Notes: a model not told the origin generated them from the letters alone. A DNA stretch of 64,000 nucleotides from Betaproteobacteria bacterium Ga0077527 (GCA_001464815.1 LNDW01000007.1:79746-143745), one strand, 5' to 3'; shown: positions 1 through 10,418, counted from the first letter of the stretch. Program-made: numbers and translations.

Positions 1-99
1 CTCAAGCGCATGGAAGAAGTCTGCGGCGTGCCTATCGATATGGTGTCCACCGGCGCTGATCGGGAGCAAACGATCTTGAGGCGAAATCCCTACGACTGA
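1..99 (+). CDS. purA: adenylosuccinate synthetase, C-terminal fragment (gene begins upstream of window)
   Basis: Frame 1 reads [32 protein letters not shown], resembling the conserved PurA C-terminus (..GVPID..STGPDR....LR.PF..). A hairpin follows. Confidence 0.7.
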   Translation, partial: LKRMEEVCGVPIDMVSTGADREQTILRRNPYD

Positions 100-103
100 C
101 AAT

Positions 104-140
104 GAAAAAGAGCGCGATGCAGTTGCATGGCGCTCTTTTC
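104..140 (+). terminator. putative intrinsic terminator after purA
   Basis: gaaaaagagcgc ... gcgctcttttc inverted repeat followed by a T-run. Confidence 0.5.
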
Positions 141-177
141 AACGGCAGTCATCCATCAATCGACTGCCCGGTGTTGC

Positions 178-262
178 TGGTGCCCAGAAGAGGACTCGAA
201 CCTCCACGGTGTTACCCGCCAGTACCTGAAACTGGTGCGTCTACCAATTCCGCCATCTGGGC
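178..262 (-). tRNA. tRNA-Leu (anticodon CAG)
   Basis: The reverse complement reads GCCCAGATGGCGGAATTGGTAGACGCACCAGTTTCAGGTACTGGCGGGTAACACCGTGGAGGTTCGAGTCCTCTTCTGGGCACCA. It has a 7-bp acceptor stem, an anticodon loop TTCAGGT, a long variable arm, a TTCGAGT T-loop and a CCA end. Confidence 0.85.
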
Positions 263-303
263 AATGAGGGCGGCATTCTAGCCCATGAAAGCATGCAATT
301 CAA

Positions 304-2487
304 ATGAAAAAACCGAAAAAAACTGCGGCTAGCGGCCGCACTGATTCCCGTCGCCACAGCGACCCCCAGGCGGAACGCGAAGCGGAGCGTTACGAACATC
401 CGTTGCCCAGCCGCGAGCTGATCCTTGAGGTCATGGTCGAAGCTGGTGTGCCGCTGGAAGAGGGTGATCTTGCGCGCGAACTCGACATCAAGCGCCGCGA
501 GCGCGAGGCGTTCACGCGCCGCATCGCGGCGATGGAGCGCGATGGCCAGATCATGCGCAACCGCCGCGGCGATCTTTGTGTCGCTGACAAGCTCGAACTG
601 GTGCGCGGCCGTGTGCAGGGCCACAAGGACGGCTTCGGCTTCCTGATCCGCGAGGATGGCGGCCCCGATCTGTTTCTGGATTCCGGCGAAATGCACAAGG
701 TGCTGCATGGCGACCGCGTGATGGCGCGCATTTCCGGCCTGGATCGCCGCGGGCGGCCCGAAGGCAAGATCGTCGAGGTACTCGAACATGGGCAGACGCG
801 TATCGTCGGCCGCCTGCATGTCGAACATGGCGTGACCTTTGTCGCCGCCGAAGACAAACGCATCAGCCAGGATTTTGTGGTGCCCGCGGGCGAGGTCGGC
901 AAGGCCAAGCCGGGGCAGGTGGTCAGCGTCGAGATCATCACCCAGCCGGGTCGCCAGGGAAAACCGCTGGCGAAAGTGGTCGAGGTGCTCGGCAATTACG
1001 CCGACCCCGGCATGGAAATCGAGATCGCGCTGCGCAAGCACGATCTGCCCTGGCAGTTTCCGAAAGAGGCAGAGGCACTGGCGGCGAAACTGCCGAAAGA
1101 AGTGCGCAAGACCGACCACAAGGGTCGCGAAGACCTGCGCGACATGCCGCTGGTGACCATCGACGGCGAGACCGCGCGCGATTTCGATGATGCGGTGTAC
1201 TGCGAGCAGTCGCGCAGCGGTTTCCGCCTGGTGGTGGCCATCGCCGACGTCAGCCATTACGTCCAGCCCGGTGATGCGCTGGATCACGAGGCGCGCGAGC
1301 GTGGCAACTCGGTGTATTTCCCGCGTCGGGTGATTCCGATGCTGCCCGAGGCGCTGTCCAACGGACTGTGCTCGATCAATCCGGATGTCGAGCGGCTGGC
1401 AATGATCTGCGACATGCAGATCGACGGTCAGGGCCAGATTCAGGGCTACAAGTTTTATCCGGCGGTGATGCGTTCACACGCACGCTTCACCTATACCGAG
1501 GTTGCGGCAATTCTCGCGGATCCGCGCGGCACCGCGGCACGAAAACGGCGCGAACTGGTGCCGCATCTGCAGGCACTGTACGCGCTGTATCACCAGTTGG
1601 CGAAGGCGCGCGCCAAACGCGGTGCCATCGATTTCGAGACCATCGAAACGCAGATGATCTTCAACGACCAGGGCAAGATCGAAAACATCGTGCCGGTCAT
1701 CCGCAACGACGCGCACCGCCTGATCGAGGAGTGCATGCTGGCGGCCAATGTCTGCACCTCAGATTTCCTCGGCCAGCGCGGCCATCCCGTGCTCTACCGC
1801 GTGCACGAGGGGCCGACGCCGGAGAAACTCGCCGCGCTGCGTGATTTTCTGAAGGGCTTCGGTCTGCAGCTTGGCGGCGGCGACATGCCGCAGGCTTCGG
1901 ATTACGCCAAACTGCTTGCCAAGGTGAAGGATCGTCCCGATGCACAACTGCTGCAGACGGTGATGCTGCGCTCGCTGAAGCAGGCGGTGTACACACCGAA
2001 GAACGCCGGCCACTTCGGGCTCGCCTACGATTCCTACACCCACTTCACTTCGCCGATTCGCCGTTATCCGGATCTGCTGGTGCATCGTGCAATCAAGGCG
2101 GTGCTCGCCGGCGGCCAGTACAATCCCGGCGACTGGCATGAGCTGGGTGCGCAGTGTTCGATGACCGAACGCCGCGCGGATGACGCGACACGTGATGTCA
2201 CCGCCTGGCTCAAGTGTTATTACATGCGCGACCGGGTGGGCGAAGTGTTCATGGGCAGCATTGCCGGTGTCGCCGCCTTTGGCGCCTTTGTCGCGCTGGA
2301 TGATGTGTATGTTGAAGGACTGGCGCACATCTCGGAGCTGGGCAAGGATTACTTCCAGTACGATGCCGGCCGCCATCAGCTGCTTGGTGAGCGCACCGGC
2401 CAGCGTTACCGCATCGGTGACCGGCTGCGGGTGAAGATTGCGCGGGTCGATCTCAACAACGCACGGATCGACTTTGTATTGGCATAA
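304..2487 (+). CDS. rnr: ribonuclease R (RNB family exoribonuclease with C-terminal S1 domain)
   Basis: 727-aa ORF. RNB-domain motifs are present (TIDGETARDFDDAV, HFGL..YTHFTSPIRRYPDL), with an S1-like C-terminus and a Lys-rich N-terminus. The rnr-rlmB synteny matches E. coli. Confidence 0.9.
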   Translation: MKKPKKTAASGRTDSRRHSDPQAEREAERYEHPLPSRELILEVMVEAGVPLEEGDLARELDIKRREREAFTRRIAAMERDGQIMRNRRGDLCVADKLELVRGRVQGHKDGFGFLIREDGGPDLFLDSGEMHKVLHGDRVMARISGLDRRGRPEGKIVEVLEHGQTRIVGRLHVEHGVTFVAAEDKRISQDFVVPAGEVGKAKPGQVVSVEIITQPGRQGKPLAKVVEVLGNYADPGMEIEIALRKHDLPWQFPKEAEALAAKLPKEVRKTDHKGREDLRDMPLVTIDGETARDFDDAVYCEQSRSGFRLVVAIADVSHYVQPGDALDHEARERGNSVYFPRRVIPMLPEALSNGLCSINPDVERLAMICDMQIDGQGQIQGYKFYPAVMRSHARFTYTEVAAILADPRGTAARKRRELVPHLQALYALYHQLAKARAKRGAIDFETIETQMIFNDQGKIENIVPVIRNDAHRLIEECMLAANVCTSDFLGQRGHPVLYRVHEGPTPEKLAALRDFLKGFGLQLGGGDMPQASDYAKLLAKVKDRPDAQLLQTVMLRSLKQAVYTPKNAGHFGLAYDSYTHFTSPIRRYPDLLVHRAIKAVLAGGQYNPGDWHELGAQCSMTERRADDATRDVTAWLKCYYMRDRVGEVFMGSIAGVAAFGAFVALDDVYVEGLAHISELGKDYFQYDAGRHQLLGERTGQRYRIGDRLRVKIARVDLNNARIDFVLA

Positions 2488-2494
2488 AATAGTT

Positions 2495-2507
2495 CAATAA
2501 AAACAAT
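2495..2507 (+). repeat. AT-rich element copy 1 (core CAATAAAAACAAT)
   Basis: Exact 13-mer in the rnr/rlmB spacer, 17 nt before the rlmB ATG. Flanks: ataaaatagtt / tacttag. Confidence 0.9.
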
Positions 2508-2523
2508 TACTTAGAAATGTTTT

Positions 2524-3258
2524 ATGAGTGACCTGCAACTGATCCACGGTTTTCACGCCGTCACCAGCCGCCTGCGCAGCCGAGCCGAGGGTGTGCGCGA
2601 GATCTATATCGACGCCGCGCGCCAGGACCGGCGCTGTCGTGACCTGATGGCGCTGGCCGAAGCCAAGGGTGTGCGGGTGATCGCGATCGATGCCAGGCGC
2701 CTCGATGGCATGAGCGGCCAGGAGCGGCATCAGGGCGTGGTGGCGCGGGTCGAACCGGTGAAACTGCCTACCCATATTGACGATGTGCTGGAGGATATTT
2801 CCGAGCCGCTGCTGCTGCTGATCCTCGATGGTGTGACCGATCCGCACAACCTTGGTGCATGCCTGCGCGTGGCCGATGGCATGGGCGCCCATGCGGTGAT
2901 CGCACCCAAGGACCATGCGGTGGGCCTCAATGCCACGGTGGCCAAGGTCGCCAGCGGCGCGGCCGACAGCGTGCCCTACATCATGGTCACCAACCTTGCC
3001 CGCACCATGCGCGAGCTGAAGGACCGCGGCGTGTGGCTGATCGGTGCCGACGAGCGCGCGGACAAGGATCTCTACGCGATCAAGCTCGACGGGCCGATGG
3101 CCTGGGTGCTGGGTGCTGAAGGTGAGGGCATGCGCCGGCTGACCCGGGAAACCTGCGACGAGCTGGCGCGGATTCCGATGCTGGGCAGCGTGGAAAGCCT
3201 CAACGTTTCGGTGTCGGCGGGCATCTGCCTCGCCGAATCACGCCGGCAGCGGCGCTGA
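2524..3258 (+). CDS. rlmB: 23S rRNA (guanosine-2'-O)-methyltransferase RlmB (SpoU/TrmH family)
   Basis: 244 aa with SpoU motifs ([37 protein letters not shown]). Sits immediately downstream of rnr. Confidence 0.85.
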   Translation: MSDLQLIHGFHAVTSRLRSRAEGVREIYIDAARQDRRCRDLMALAEAKGVRVIAIDARRLDGMSGQERHQGVVARVEPVKLPTHIDDVLEDISEPLLLLILDGVTDPHNLGACLRVADGMGAHAVIAPKDHAVGLNATVAKVASGAADSVPYIMVTNLARTMRELKDRGVWLIGADERADKDLYAIKLDGPMAWVLGAEGEGMRRLTRETCDELARIPMLGSVESLNVSVSAGICLAESRRQRR

Positions 3259-3332
3259 ACCCGCGCGCAACCTGGGTGGAGGCTGTCGCCATCCGGCGAC
3301 AAGAAGCGGACAACCATCGGACAGCCCGCGGG

Positions 3333-3350
3333 TTGTGATAATTGTCACAA
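3333..3350. promoter_or_regulatory. perfect CRP-type palindrome TTGTGA-TAATTG-TCACAA upstream of tpsA
   Basis: TGTGA-N6-TCACA core at 3334..3349. TATAAT at 3402..3407 lies downstream (context CCTATAATCC, also seen at 58133..58142). Confidence 0.45.
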
Positions 3351-3505
3351 TCCACGGCAAAGGCGCCGCGGATAAGCTCGAAATGAGCGGCCTGTTGCCC
3401 CTATAATCCTGAAGGTTGAAGTGAACGCTGTCGTGGCCAGGCCACAAGGCTGCGCGGGGTTCCGACCGTTTCGTGATGGCAGGGCCAAGCCGATCAGGGG
3501 GTTCC

Positions 3506-6500
3506 ATGAACAATAACAATGCCGCGCAAAAAAACCGTACTGCGAGCCGCAATCGCGGCCAGCGCATCCGCCCCAAAGCCGCCGCACTGGCCGTTGCCGC
3601 CTGCTTCAGCACTGTGGTCTGGGCGAACCCGACCAACCCGACAGTGGTTCATGGCAACGCGAGCTTCCAGCAGAATGGCAACATCCTCAACGTCACCAAC
3701 AGCCACAACGCGATCATCAACTGGGGTTCGTTCTCGATCGGTGTCAACGAGCTGACCAAATTCATCCAGCCCTCGGCGCTGTCGGCGGTGCTGAACCGCG
3801 TCACCGGCGGCGACCCCTCGGCCATCCTCGGCGCCCTGCAGTCGAACGGCCGCGTATTCCTGCTCAATCCCAACGGCATCGTCTTCGGCGCCGGTTCACA
3901 GATTGATGTCGCCGGCCTTGTTGCCTCCACCCTCAATCTTTCCAACGCCGACTTCCTCGCCGGGCGCATGAACTTCACCGGTGGTGCCGGCGCGGGTTCG
4001 GTGCTGAACCAGGGCGCGATCAACGCCGCCGGCGGCCCGGTCTATCTGGTCGGCAATGCGGTCACCAACCAGGGCATCATCACCAGCCCCGGTGGCGAGA
4101 TCGTGCTCGCTGCGGGCAACAGCGTGGAACTGGTCAATCCCGGCACGCCCAACCTGCGTGTCGAAATCCAGGCCACCAACAACGAGGCGCGCAACCTCGG
4201 CAGCATCGTTTCCGAAGCCGGCCGCATCGGCATCTACGCCGGCCTGATCAAGCAGGGCGGCGTGATCAACGCCGACAGTGCGGTGGTTGAGGGCGGGCGG
4301 ATCATGCTCAAGGCCACGCGGAATGCCACGCTTGAAGCGGGCAGCGTGATCAGCGCCAAGGGTGTGGGCGGTGGCCGCATCGAGGTGCTGGCCGATGACA
4401 GCACGCATGTCGCGGGAGTGCTTGATGCATCGGCACCCAACGGCGGCAACGGCGGTTTCATCGAGACCTCGGGCAAGATCAGGGTGACGGTGGATGACAA
4501 TGCCAGGGTCAGTACCGCGGCGCCCCAGGGCTCGACCGGTGTCTGGCTGATTGATCCGACCGATCTGCTCATCAGCGCAATGGGTGGCGACATGACTGGC
4601 GCTTCGATAGCCACCAACCTGGCGACAACCAGTGTCGTGCTGACATCCGACAACGGCAGCTCCGCGGGCAGCGGCGACATTCTGGTCAATGATGTGATTG
4701 CCTGGAATAGCGCCAACAGCCTGACGTTGACGGCGCGGCGCAATGTATCGGTCAACGGTTCGATCAGCAACGCGGGCAGCGGCGGCATTAATCTTTTTGC
4801 GGGATGGGATGGCTCCAGTTCCCCCAGTGCGCCCACATTGTCCAATCTGGGCATGATTTCGCTGATGAACAGCCTGTCAACCGCCGGCACCGTTCAGCTC
4901 AAGGCCAATGCGGATATCAACCAGAGTGCCTCCGGTGTGATTACCGCCGCCCAGCTCAAGGCGGTCAGCGGAACGGCATCGGTCAACCTGAACAGCGCAG
5001 CCAACAATGTGGGTGTCATCGCGGGTTCCGCGAAAAGCGAGTTCAACTTCAAGAACGCCGGCAGCCTGACGATTGGCAGCGTTGGCGCCGACAACGGCAT
5101 CGTCGTCACCAGCAACGGTAGCGCTCTGGTTGATGTGCATCTCAATTCCGGCGATCTGACGGTTAATCAGTTGGTGCAGGCTACGACCACCGGCCTCAGC
5201 AGCAGTGCCACGGTGGTTCTGCATGCGGACAATGGCAATGTCACCATCAACGCCCCGGTCAGCGCGGTTGCCGGAGGTGATACTTCGATAGATGTTTACG
5301 CCGCCAATAATGTAATCATCAACAGTTCGCTTTCAGCTACTTCCGGCCAATTAGGCGACGCCTTGATACAAGTCGAAGCTGCGGCTGGCAACATTGTGGT
5401 TGCTGGCACCGCGCAGATCGCAGCAGACGCATACGAGGGTGCCGCGGAGATTAATCTGCAGGCCGGTGGTGCCATTCAGCTTGGTGCTGGCACCAATCTG
5501 ATGGCTACAACCGACAACATTTATGGCGGCGATGAGGCTGATATCTATCTCACCGCAGCTGGCAACATCACCCAGAATGCGGGCATCACCGCCGACGGTG
5601 GTGAGCGCGGCGTGGTCTCACTGAACGCCGGCGGTGCCATTTTGCAGACCGACCCCCTGGGCTTCATCCGCGTGGTGGGCCCGAGCAATTCTTACTCAAG
5701 GTTGGATCTGACCGCGGTCAGCGGCATCGGCACCCGCGCCAATCCGGTGCGCATCAATATGGGTGCCGACCCTGACCTGACACCCTATAACACCGGCATG
5801 ACCGGTGACATCGCCCTGTCGTTCTTTAATACGCCTTCAAACCCCGCATACGCCGCGCTGGGCAACGGCCTGTTCATCGACAACGACCTGAACGGCGTCT
5901 ACAACAACAACCCCAACGGCATGTTCTACTTCAAGAGTGATGCCAACATCATCCTGGCCATCCCCTTCACGCCGGACGGGCAGGCCCTGCCTTCAGGCCA
6001 GAGCGTGGTCTTTGACGCGCCCAACGGGCAGATCCACATCGGGCAGCAGTTCGTTTATGACGGTTACTACGGCTATATGCCGACCGGCACCTACGGCAGC
6101 ATCAAGGCCGGTGTCGGTGGTGCCGGCAATGTCGAGCTGATTGCCGGCAACAAACTGACCATCCAGAACGGCTCATTCATCACCGGCCGCGAGCCGCTGA
6201 TCAAGGCCGGAGATATCGATCTACAGGGCGTGATCCGCGCCACTGACAGCAATTTCGGTTTTGTCGACCTCCGGCATGTCACCGGCGGTCCGATCCACCT
6301 CGGCGTCTCAGGCGCTGGTGTGGGCGGCGCGCTGGCGCTGGACAATGCCGAACTCAACCGGATGACACGCTGGGACGGCAGCGGCGATCCATTGACCTCC
6401 GGCTCGGGGGGCGGTTTGCTGATCGGCCAGACCACGGGTGGTCCGCTGATTTTCAAAGGGGCGGTGGGCCCAACCAGCGCCTTCCTCAACGCCCGCGGTT

Positions 6501-7756
6501 CTACGATCACGCAGGACAGTGGCGCCATCATCACTGGCGGGCTCAACGCTTCGGCCCAGACTTCGGTGATGCTGACCGACACCGGCAACCAGATCAATTA
6601 CATCACCGGTGGTCTGGCGAGCAGCGGTACCTTCAGTGTCGTCACCGCGGCGCCGGTCACTGTCGATTCGGTTTCCACGCCGGGTGGCAACATCAACATC
6701 GCCTCCAGCGGTGGCATGACCCTGCAGGGCCAGATCAACGCCGGCGCCGGCACAGTCCAACTGACGGCGAACAGCATTGCCGACAATCACGTCGGTCTCG
6801 ACATCATCGCCAACTCGGCATTGATAACCGCCACTGCGGGCGGCTCAATCGGGTCGATAGCCAATCCGCTGGAAACCTCGGTGCTGAGCCTGAATGTGAG
6901 TTCCTCAGGGGCCGCAGGGCAGGAGATCGGCGTCATCAATGCCGGCAACATGGCACTGTCCGGGTTTGATTTTGGCGGCTCGCTGGCTGCGATCGGTACC
7001 ACGGGGGTGATGAGTCTCAGTTCGCCGCTGACGGTGATGGGCAGCGGTCTGTTCCTTTCCGGCAACGCCGGTTTGAACCTTGTTGGCGGCAATGTCATCA
7101 ATGCCGCGGGTTCATTGACTCTCGCCTCTGGCAGCGGCGCATTGTCTGTCACCGGCGCTTCGGTCAGCGCAGGGGGCAGTCTGGGCCTGAGTGGCGCCAA
7201 TATCCAGATCAGCAATGCCACGCTCAACAGCGCCGGCATCACCACGGTCAACACACCGGGCAGCCTGAGTGTGATCAATGGCGCCCTGTTGTCGAGTTCG
7301 GGCAACATGAACATCGTCACCGGTGGCAACGTGCTGGTCGACCAGGCGCGGATTTTTGGCTCGCCCGATGTCGTGATGTCGGTGGGCGGCCTGATCAACA
7401 TCAATGGCACCCTGGTCCAGCCCGGCAAGATCGAGGCTGCATCGCTCAACACCATCCGGCTCGTGTTCCCAGGGCTCGCCCGCGGCGGATTCTCGATCAA
7501 CGGTGTCGAGGGCGTGGTATACGACGCCTCGACCAATACCGGCTTTTTCGCCGGCGGCGCGCCGGCGGTGCTCGGTGGCGGTCTGAAAGTCAGTTACGGC
7601 GCGGCTCCCGCCACCACCGCCGTGGTGCCGATCGATGCCCTGATCGTTGCCCTGGTGCAGGCCTCCAAGCCGCCCGACCAGCAAAGCAGCACCAACTCCA
7701 ACACTCGCGAAGACGACAAGAAGGACGCCAAAAAAGACGCTCCGGCCTGTCGCTGA
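3506..7756 (+). CDS. two-partner secretion exoprotein (TpsA; filamentous-haemagglutinin-type N-terminal TPS domain, long beta-helical repeat body)
   Basis: ATG at 3506 follows an AGGGGG RBS. Extended signal peptide (..AALAVAACFSTVVWA). TPS domain with NPNGIVFG and the preceding block VVHGNASF..NILNVTN...AIINW.SFSIG. Gly/Ala/Ser/Asn-rich repeats follow. The ORF track start at 3473 is less likely. Confidence 0.85.
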   Translation: MNNNNAAQKNRTASRNRGQRIRPKAAALAVAACFSTVVWANPTNPTVVHGNASFQQNGNILNVTNSHNAIINWGSFSIGVNELTKFIQPSALSAVLNRVTGGDPSAILGALQSNGRVFLLNPNGIVFGAGSQIDVAGLVASTLNLSNADFLAGRMNFTGGAGAGSVLNQGAINAAGGPVYLVGNAVTNQGIITSPGGEIVLAAGNSVELVNPGTPNLRVEIQATNNEARNLGSIVSEAGRIGIYAGLIKQGGVINADSAVVEGGRIMLKATRNATLEAGSVISAKGVGGGRIEVLADDSTHVAGVLDASAPNGGNGGFIETSGKIRVTVDDNARVSTAAPQGSTGVWLIDPTDLLISAMGGDMTGASIATNLATTSVVLTSDNGSSAGSGDILVNDVIAWNSANSLTLTARRNVSVNGSISNAGSGGINLFAGWDGSSSPSAPTLSNLGMISLMNSLSTAGTVQLKANADINQSASGVITAAQLKAVSGTASVNLNSAANNVGVIAGSAKSEFNFKNAGSLTIGSVGADNGIVVTSNGSALVDVHLNSGDLTVNQLVQATTTGLSSSATVVLHADNGNVTINAPVSAVAGGDTSIDVYAANNVIINSSLSATSGQLGDALIQVEAAAGNIVVAGTAQIAADAYEGAAEINLQAGGAIQLGAGTNLMATTDNIYGGDEADIYLTAAGNITQNAGITADGGERGVVSLNAGGAILQTDPLGFIRVVGPSNSYSRLDLTAVSGIGTRANPVRINMGADPDLTPYNTGMTGDIALSFFNTPSNPAYAALGNGLFIDNDLNGVYNNNPNGMFYFKSDANIILAIPFTPDGQALPSGQSVVFDAPNGQIHIGQQFVYDGYYGYMPTGTYGSIKAGVGGAGNVELIAGNKLTIQNGSFITGREPLIKAGDIDLQGVIRATDSNFGFVDLRHVTGGPIHLGVSGAGVGGALALDNAELNRMTRWDGSGDPLTSGSGGGLLIGQTTGGPLIFKGAVGPTSAFLNARGSTITQDSGAIITGGLNASAQTSVMLTDTGNQINYITGGLASSGTFSVVTAAPVTVDSVSTPGGNINIASSGGMTLQGQINAGAGTVQLTANSIADNHVGLDIIANSALITATAGGSIGSIANPLETSVLSLNVSSSGAAGQEIGVINAGNMALSGFDFGGSLAAIGTTGVMSLSSPLTVMGSGLFLSGNAGLNLVGGNVINAAGSLTLASGSGALSVTGASVSAGGSLGLSGANIQISNATLNSAGITTVNTPGSLSVINGALLSSSGNMNIVTGGNVLVDQARIFGSPDVVMSVGGLININGTLVQPGKIEAASLNTIRLVFPGLARGGFSINGVEGVVYDASTNTGFFAGGAPAVLGGGLKVSYGAAPATTAVVPIDALIVALVQASKPPDQQSSTNSNTREDDKKDAKKDAPACR

Positions 7757-7780
7757 TGTCCATCGCCGACCACCCCTCAA

Positions 7781-7807
7781 CCCGGCCACAAAAGCCGGGT
7801 TTTTTCT
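7781..7807 (+). terminator. intrinsic terminator between tpsA and tpsB
   Basis: cccggc-cacaaaa-gccggg stem followed by tttttt. Confidence 0.55.
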
Positions 7808-7933
7808 GGGGCGTGGCAAATAGGGTTGTGAATTCAGGCATTTGCTGGATTTTTTGGGCTCTTTTGCGATAATGCGATGACTTTGCGCAGTGCAGCGCGT
7901 AGCACCGGTAGCAGCATCATCAGGACTTCCGGC

Positions 7934-9541
7934 ATGATAAATTCATCAATAAAAACAAATACTTACATTGCAATTCTGGCGGCATCCCTGACTCTGCTGC
8001 CTACAGGCCTGCGAGCCCAGGATGCACCAGATACGGCAATTCCCGCCCCGCGCTTCGAGATTCGCAGTTTTGAAGTCACCGGCGACTCGATCCTGGGTGC
8101 CGAAACCGTGCAGCGCATCGTTTCCGCCTTCACCGGCACCCAGAAGGATTTTGGTGACGTGCAGCGCGCGTTGGAGGCGCTGGAGGCCGAATACCGCAGG
8201 CGCGGCTTTGGAGTGGTGCAGGTGCGCCTGCCCGAGCAGGACATCACGCGCGGGGTGGTGCGTTTCAGCATCAACGAGCCGCGGGTCGGCAGGGTCAATA
8301 TCGAGGGCAACCGGTTTTTCAGCAACACCAATGTGCGGCGTTCACTGCCTGCGGTGAAAGAGGGCGAGATACCCAATTCGCTTGCCATCGCGCGCGACCT
8401 GCAGATTGTTTCCGAACACCCGGTGAAGCAGACCAATGTGCTGCTGCGCTCGGGCGCGACCGAGAGCCAGGTTGACATCAATGTGCGCATCGCCGACGAC
8501 CGGCCCTGGCGCCTGCTCACCACGCTCGATGACACCGGCACCAGCGACACCGGCTACATGCGCCTCGGCCTGGGTTTCCAGCACACCAACCTGTTCGGCC
8601 TTGACCACTCCTTCTCGGCGCAGTACGTGACCTCGCCGACCAATCATGACCAGGTGGCGATCTACGGCCTGGGCTACCGCATTCCGTATTACCGGCTGCA
8701 CAGCACGCTGGACATGTTCGCCGGTTATTCGGATGTGGATTCCGGCACCGTGCAGGGGCTGTTCAATGTCAGCGGCAAGGGTTCGATCTTCGGCGCTCGC
8801 TGGAACTACCACCTGCCGAAGTGGGACGACATCGAGCATCGCGCCTTCATCGGTCTCGACTATCGCGCCTTCCAGAACAACGTGACCCTCGGCGGCGTCG
8901 GCTTCGTGCCGGACATCACCGTTCATCCGGTGTCGATCGGCTATGCCGGTCTTCAGCGCACCACCTACAGCGAATGGAATTTCAACGCCTCGCTGGCACG
9001 CAACATCCCCGGCGGCAAGGACGGCGACAGCGGCGATTTCAACCGCACCCGTACCGGCGCCAGCGCCACCTACACCATATTCCGTTTCGGCACCTCGTAC
9101 GTGCAGATCTTTGGCAAGGAATGGCAGGGCAGGGCCGCGTTGTCCGGGCAGTACACCCAGGACATGCTGGTGCCCGGCGAGCAGTACGGCATCGGTGGAT
9201 TCGACACCGTGCGCGGCTACCAGCCCCGTGAGGCCTCCAACGACAAGGGGCATGCGGTGCAGCTTGAAATCTACACACCGAACCTCGCTGACAAGGCCGG
9301 GATGTCCGACAAATGGCGGGCGCGGCTGCTCGGCTTCTACGACTTCGGTGATGTCAAACGCAACAATCCGCAGCCTGGTGAGCAGGCCGGCAAATTCCTC
9401 GCCAGCACCGGCATCGGTATGCGCCTCGCCTATGGCAAAACCGTCAGCCTGCGCCTTGATCTGGCACAGCCGCTGAAGGCCTTTGGCACCCGTCAGGTTG
9501 ATGACTGGCGGCTCAACGGTGCGCTGGCACTGGTCTACTGA
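7934..9541 (+). CDS. TpsB outer-membrane transporter (ShlB/FhaC/HecB family, POTRA + beta-barrel)
   Basis: Signal peptide MINSSIKTNTYIAILAASLTLLPTGLRA, a POTRA-like N-terminus (F.I..F.V.G...L) and a beta-barrel ending in an aromatic residue (..ALALVY). The start at 7934 is preferred over the ORF-track start at 7877. Confidence 0.85.
   Translation: MINSSIKTNTYIAILAASLTLLPTGLRAQDAPDTAIPAPRFEIRSFEVTGDSILGAETVQRIVSAFTGTQKDFGDVQRALEALEAEYRRRGFGVVQVRLPEQDITRGVVRFSINEPRVGRVNIEGNRFFSNTNVRRSLPAVKEGEIPNSLAIARDLQIVSEHPVKQTNVLLRSGATESQVDINVRIADDRPWRLLTTLDDTGTSDTGYMRLGLGFQHTNLFGLDHSFSAQYVTSPTNHDQVAIYGLGYRIPYYRLHSTLDMFAGYSDVDSGTVQGLFNVSGKGSIFGARWNYHLPKWDDIEHRAFIGLDYRAFQNNVTLGGVGFVPDITVHPVSIGYAGLQRTTYSEWNFNASLARNIPGGKDGDSGDFNRTRTGASATYTIFRFGTSYVQIFGKEWQGRAALSGQYTQDMLVPGEQYGIGGFDTVRGYQPREASNDKGHAVQLEIYTPNLADKAGMSDKWRARLLGFYDFGDVKRNNPQPGEQAGKFLASTGIGMRLAYGKTVSLRLDLAQPLKAFGTRQVDDWRLNGALALVY
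7947..7959 (+). repeat. AT-rich element copy 2 (CAATAAAAACAAA, 1 mismatch)
   Basis: Lies inside the first codons of tpsB (SIKTNTY). The flank tacttac matches copy 1 (tacttag). Confidence 0.8.
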
Positions 9542-9576
9542 TCTCCGGCGCGTCTAAATCCTTGATTTCAAAGCCC

Positions 9577-9604
9577 TTGATCGACAAGGGCATTCCGGTA
9601 TAAT
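9577..9604 (+). promoter_or_regulatory. putative sigma70 promoter of the rpsF operon
   Basis: TTGATC, 16 nt spacer, TATAAT (9599..9604). It sits about 110 nt upstream of the rpsF ATG. The -35 lies within the palindrome cccttgatcgacaaggg. Confidence 0.4.
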
Positions 9605-9716
9605 CCGGCCTCCCGTTCGGGCGCCAGTCCGCCGGGATGCAATACCACAATCGAAGGTTTCCTTGCCGCACCGCGCTCGCATCGCAGGCGGCCCAACAGC
9701 CCACAAGGAGAATTGA

Positions 9717-10124
9717 ATGCGACATTACGAGATCGTTTTGATCGTCCATCCGGACCAAAGCGAGCAGGTCCCGGCGATGGTGGATCGTTATCGCCAGCTG
9801 ATCACCAGCCAGAAAGGCGTGGTGCATCGCTTCGAAGACTGGGGCCGCCGCCAGCTCACCTTCCCGATCCAGAAGATGCACAAGGCGCACTATGTTCTGA
9901 TGAACATTGAGTGCGGCAACGAGACACTCGGCGAACTCGAACACGCGTTCAAGTTCAACGACGCGGTGCTGCGCCACCTCACGGTGGGCATGGACGCCGC
10001 GGTGACAGCGCCGTCGCCGATGATGCGCGAAGAGAAAGCGCGTCCGGCTTCCAGTGACGAGGTCAGGCCGGCTGCTCCTGCAGCGCCTGTGGCACCGGCT
10101 GCCGCAGCGGAGAGCACAGCCTAA
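9717..10124 (+). CDS. rpsF: 30S ribosomal protein S6
   Basis: N-terminus [18 protein letters not shown]..; Ala/Pro-rich acidic tail; conserved operon order. Confidence 0.95.
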   Translation: MRHYEIVLIVHPDQSEQVPAMVDRYRQLITSQKGVVHRFEDWGRRQLTFPIQKMHKAHYVLMNIECGNETLGELEHAFKFNDAVLRHLTVGMDAAVTAPSPMMREEKARPASSDEVRPAAPAAPVAPAAAAESTA

Positions 10125-10127
10125 CCA

Positions 10128-10418
10128 ATGAGCGGCAACACGGTCAGGCTGCACGCTGTCCTGATCGCGATGGAAGCTCTGCGCCACACGCCAGCAGGGT
10201 TGCCGGTGATTGAGTTCACTGTCAGCCACACCTCGCAGCAAACCGAAGCGGGGCAGGACAGGCAGGTGGTTTTCGAGATGGCGGCGAAGGCCGCCGGTGA
10301 TCTGGCAAAACGGATCGCCGCGCTGCCGCAGGGCAGCGCGATCGGATTGCAGGGGTTTCTGAACCGCAGGCACAGGTTAAGCAGGCAAATGATCCTGCAC
10401 GTGACGCAGATTGAATGA
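10128..10418 (+). CDS. priB: primosomal replication protein N
   Basis: 96-aa OB-fold-like protein between rpsF and rpsR, the canonical position. Confidence 0.8.
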   Translation: MSGNTVRLHAVLIAMEALRHTPAGLPVIEFTVSHTSQQTEAGQDRQVVFEMAAKAAGDLAKRIAALPQGSAIGLQGFLNRRHRLSRQMILHVTQIE

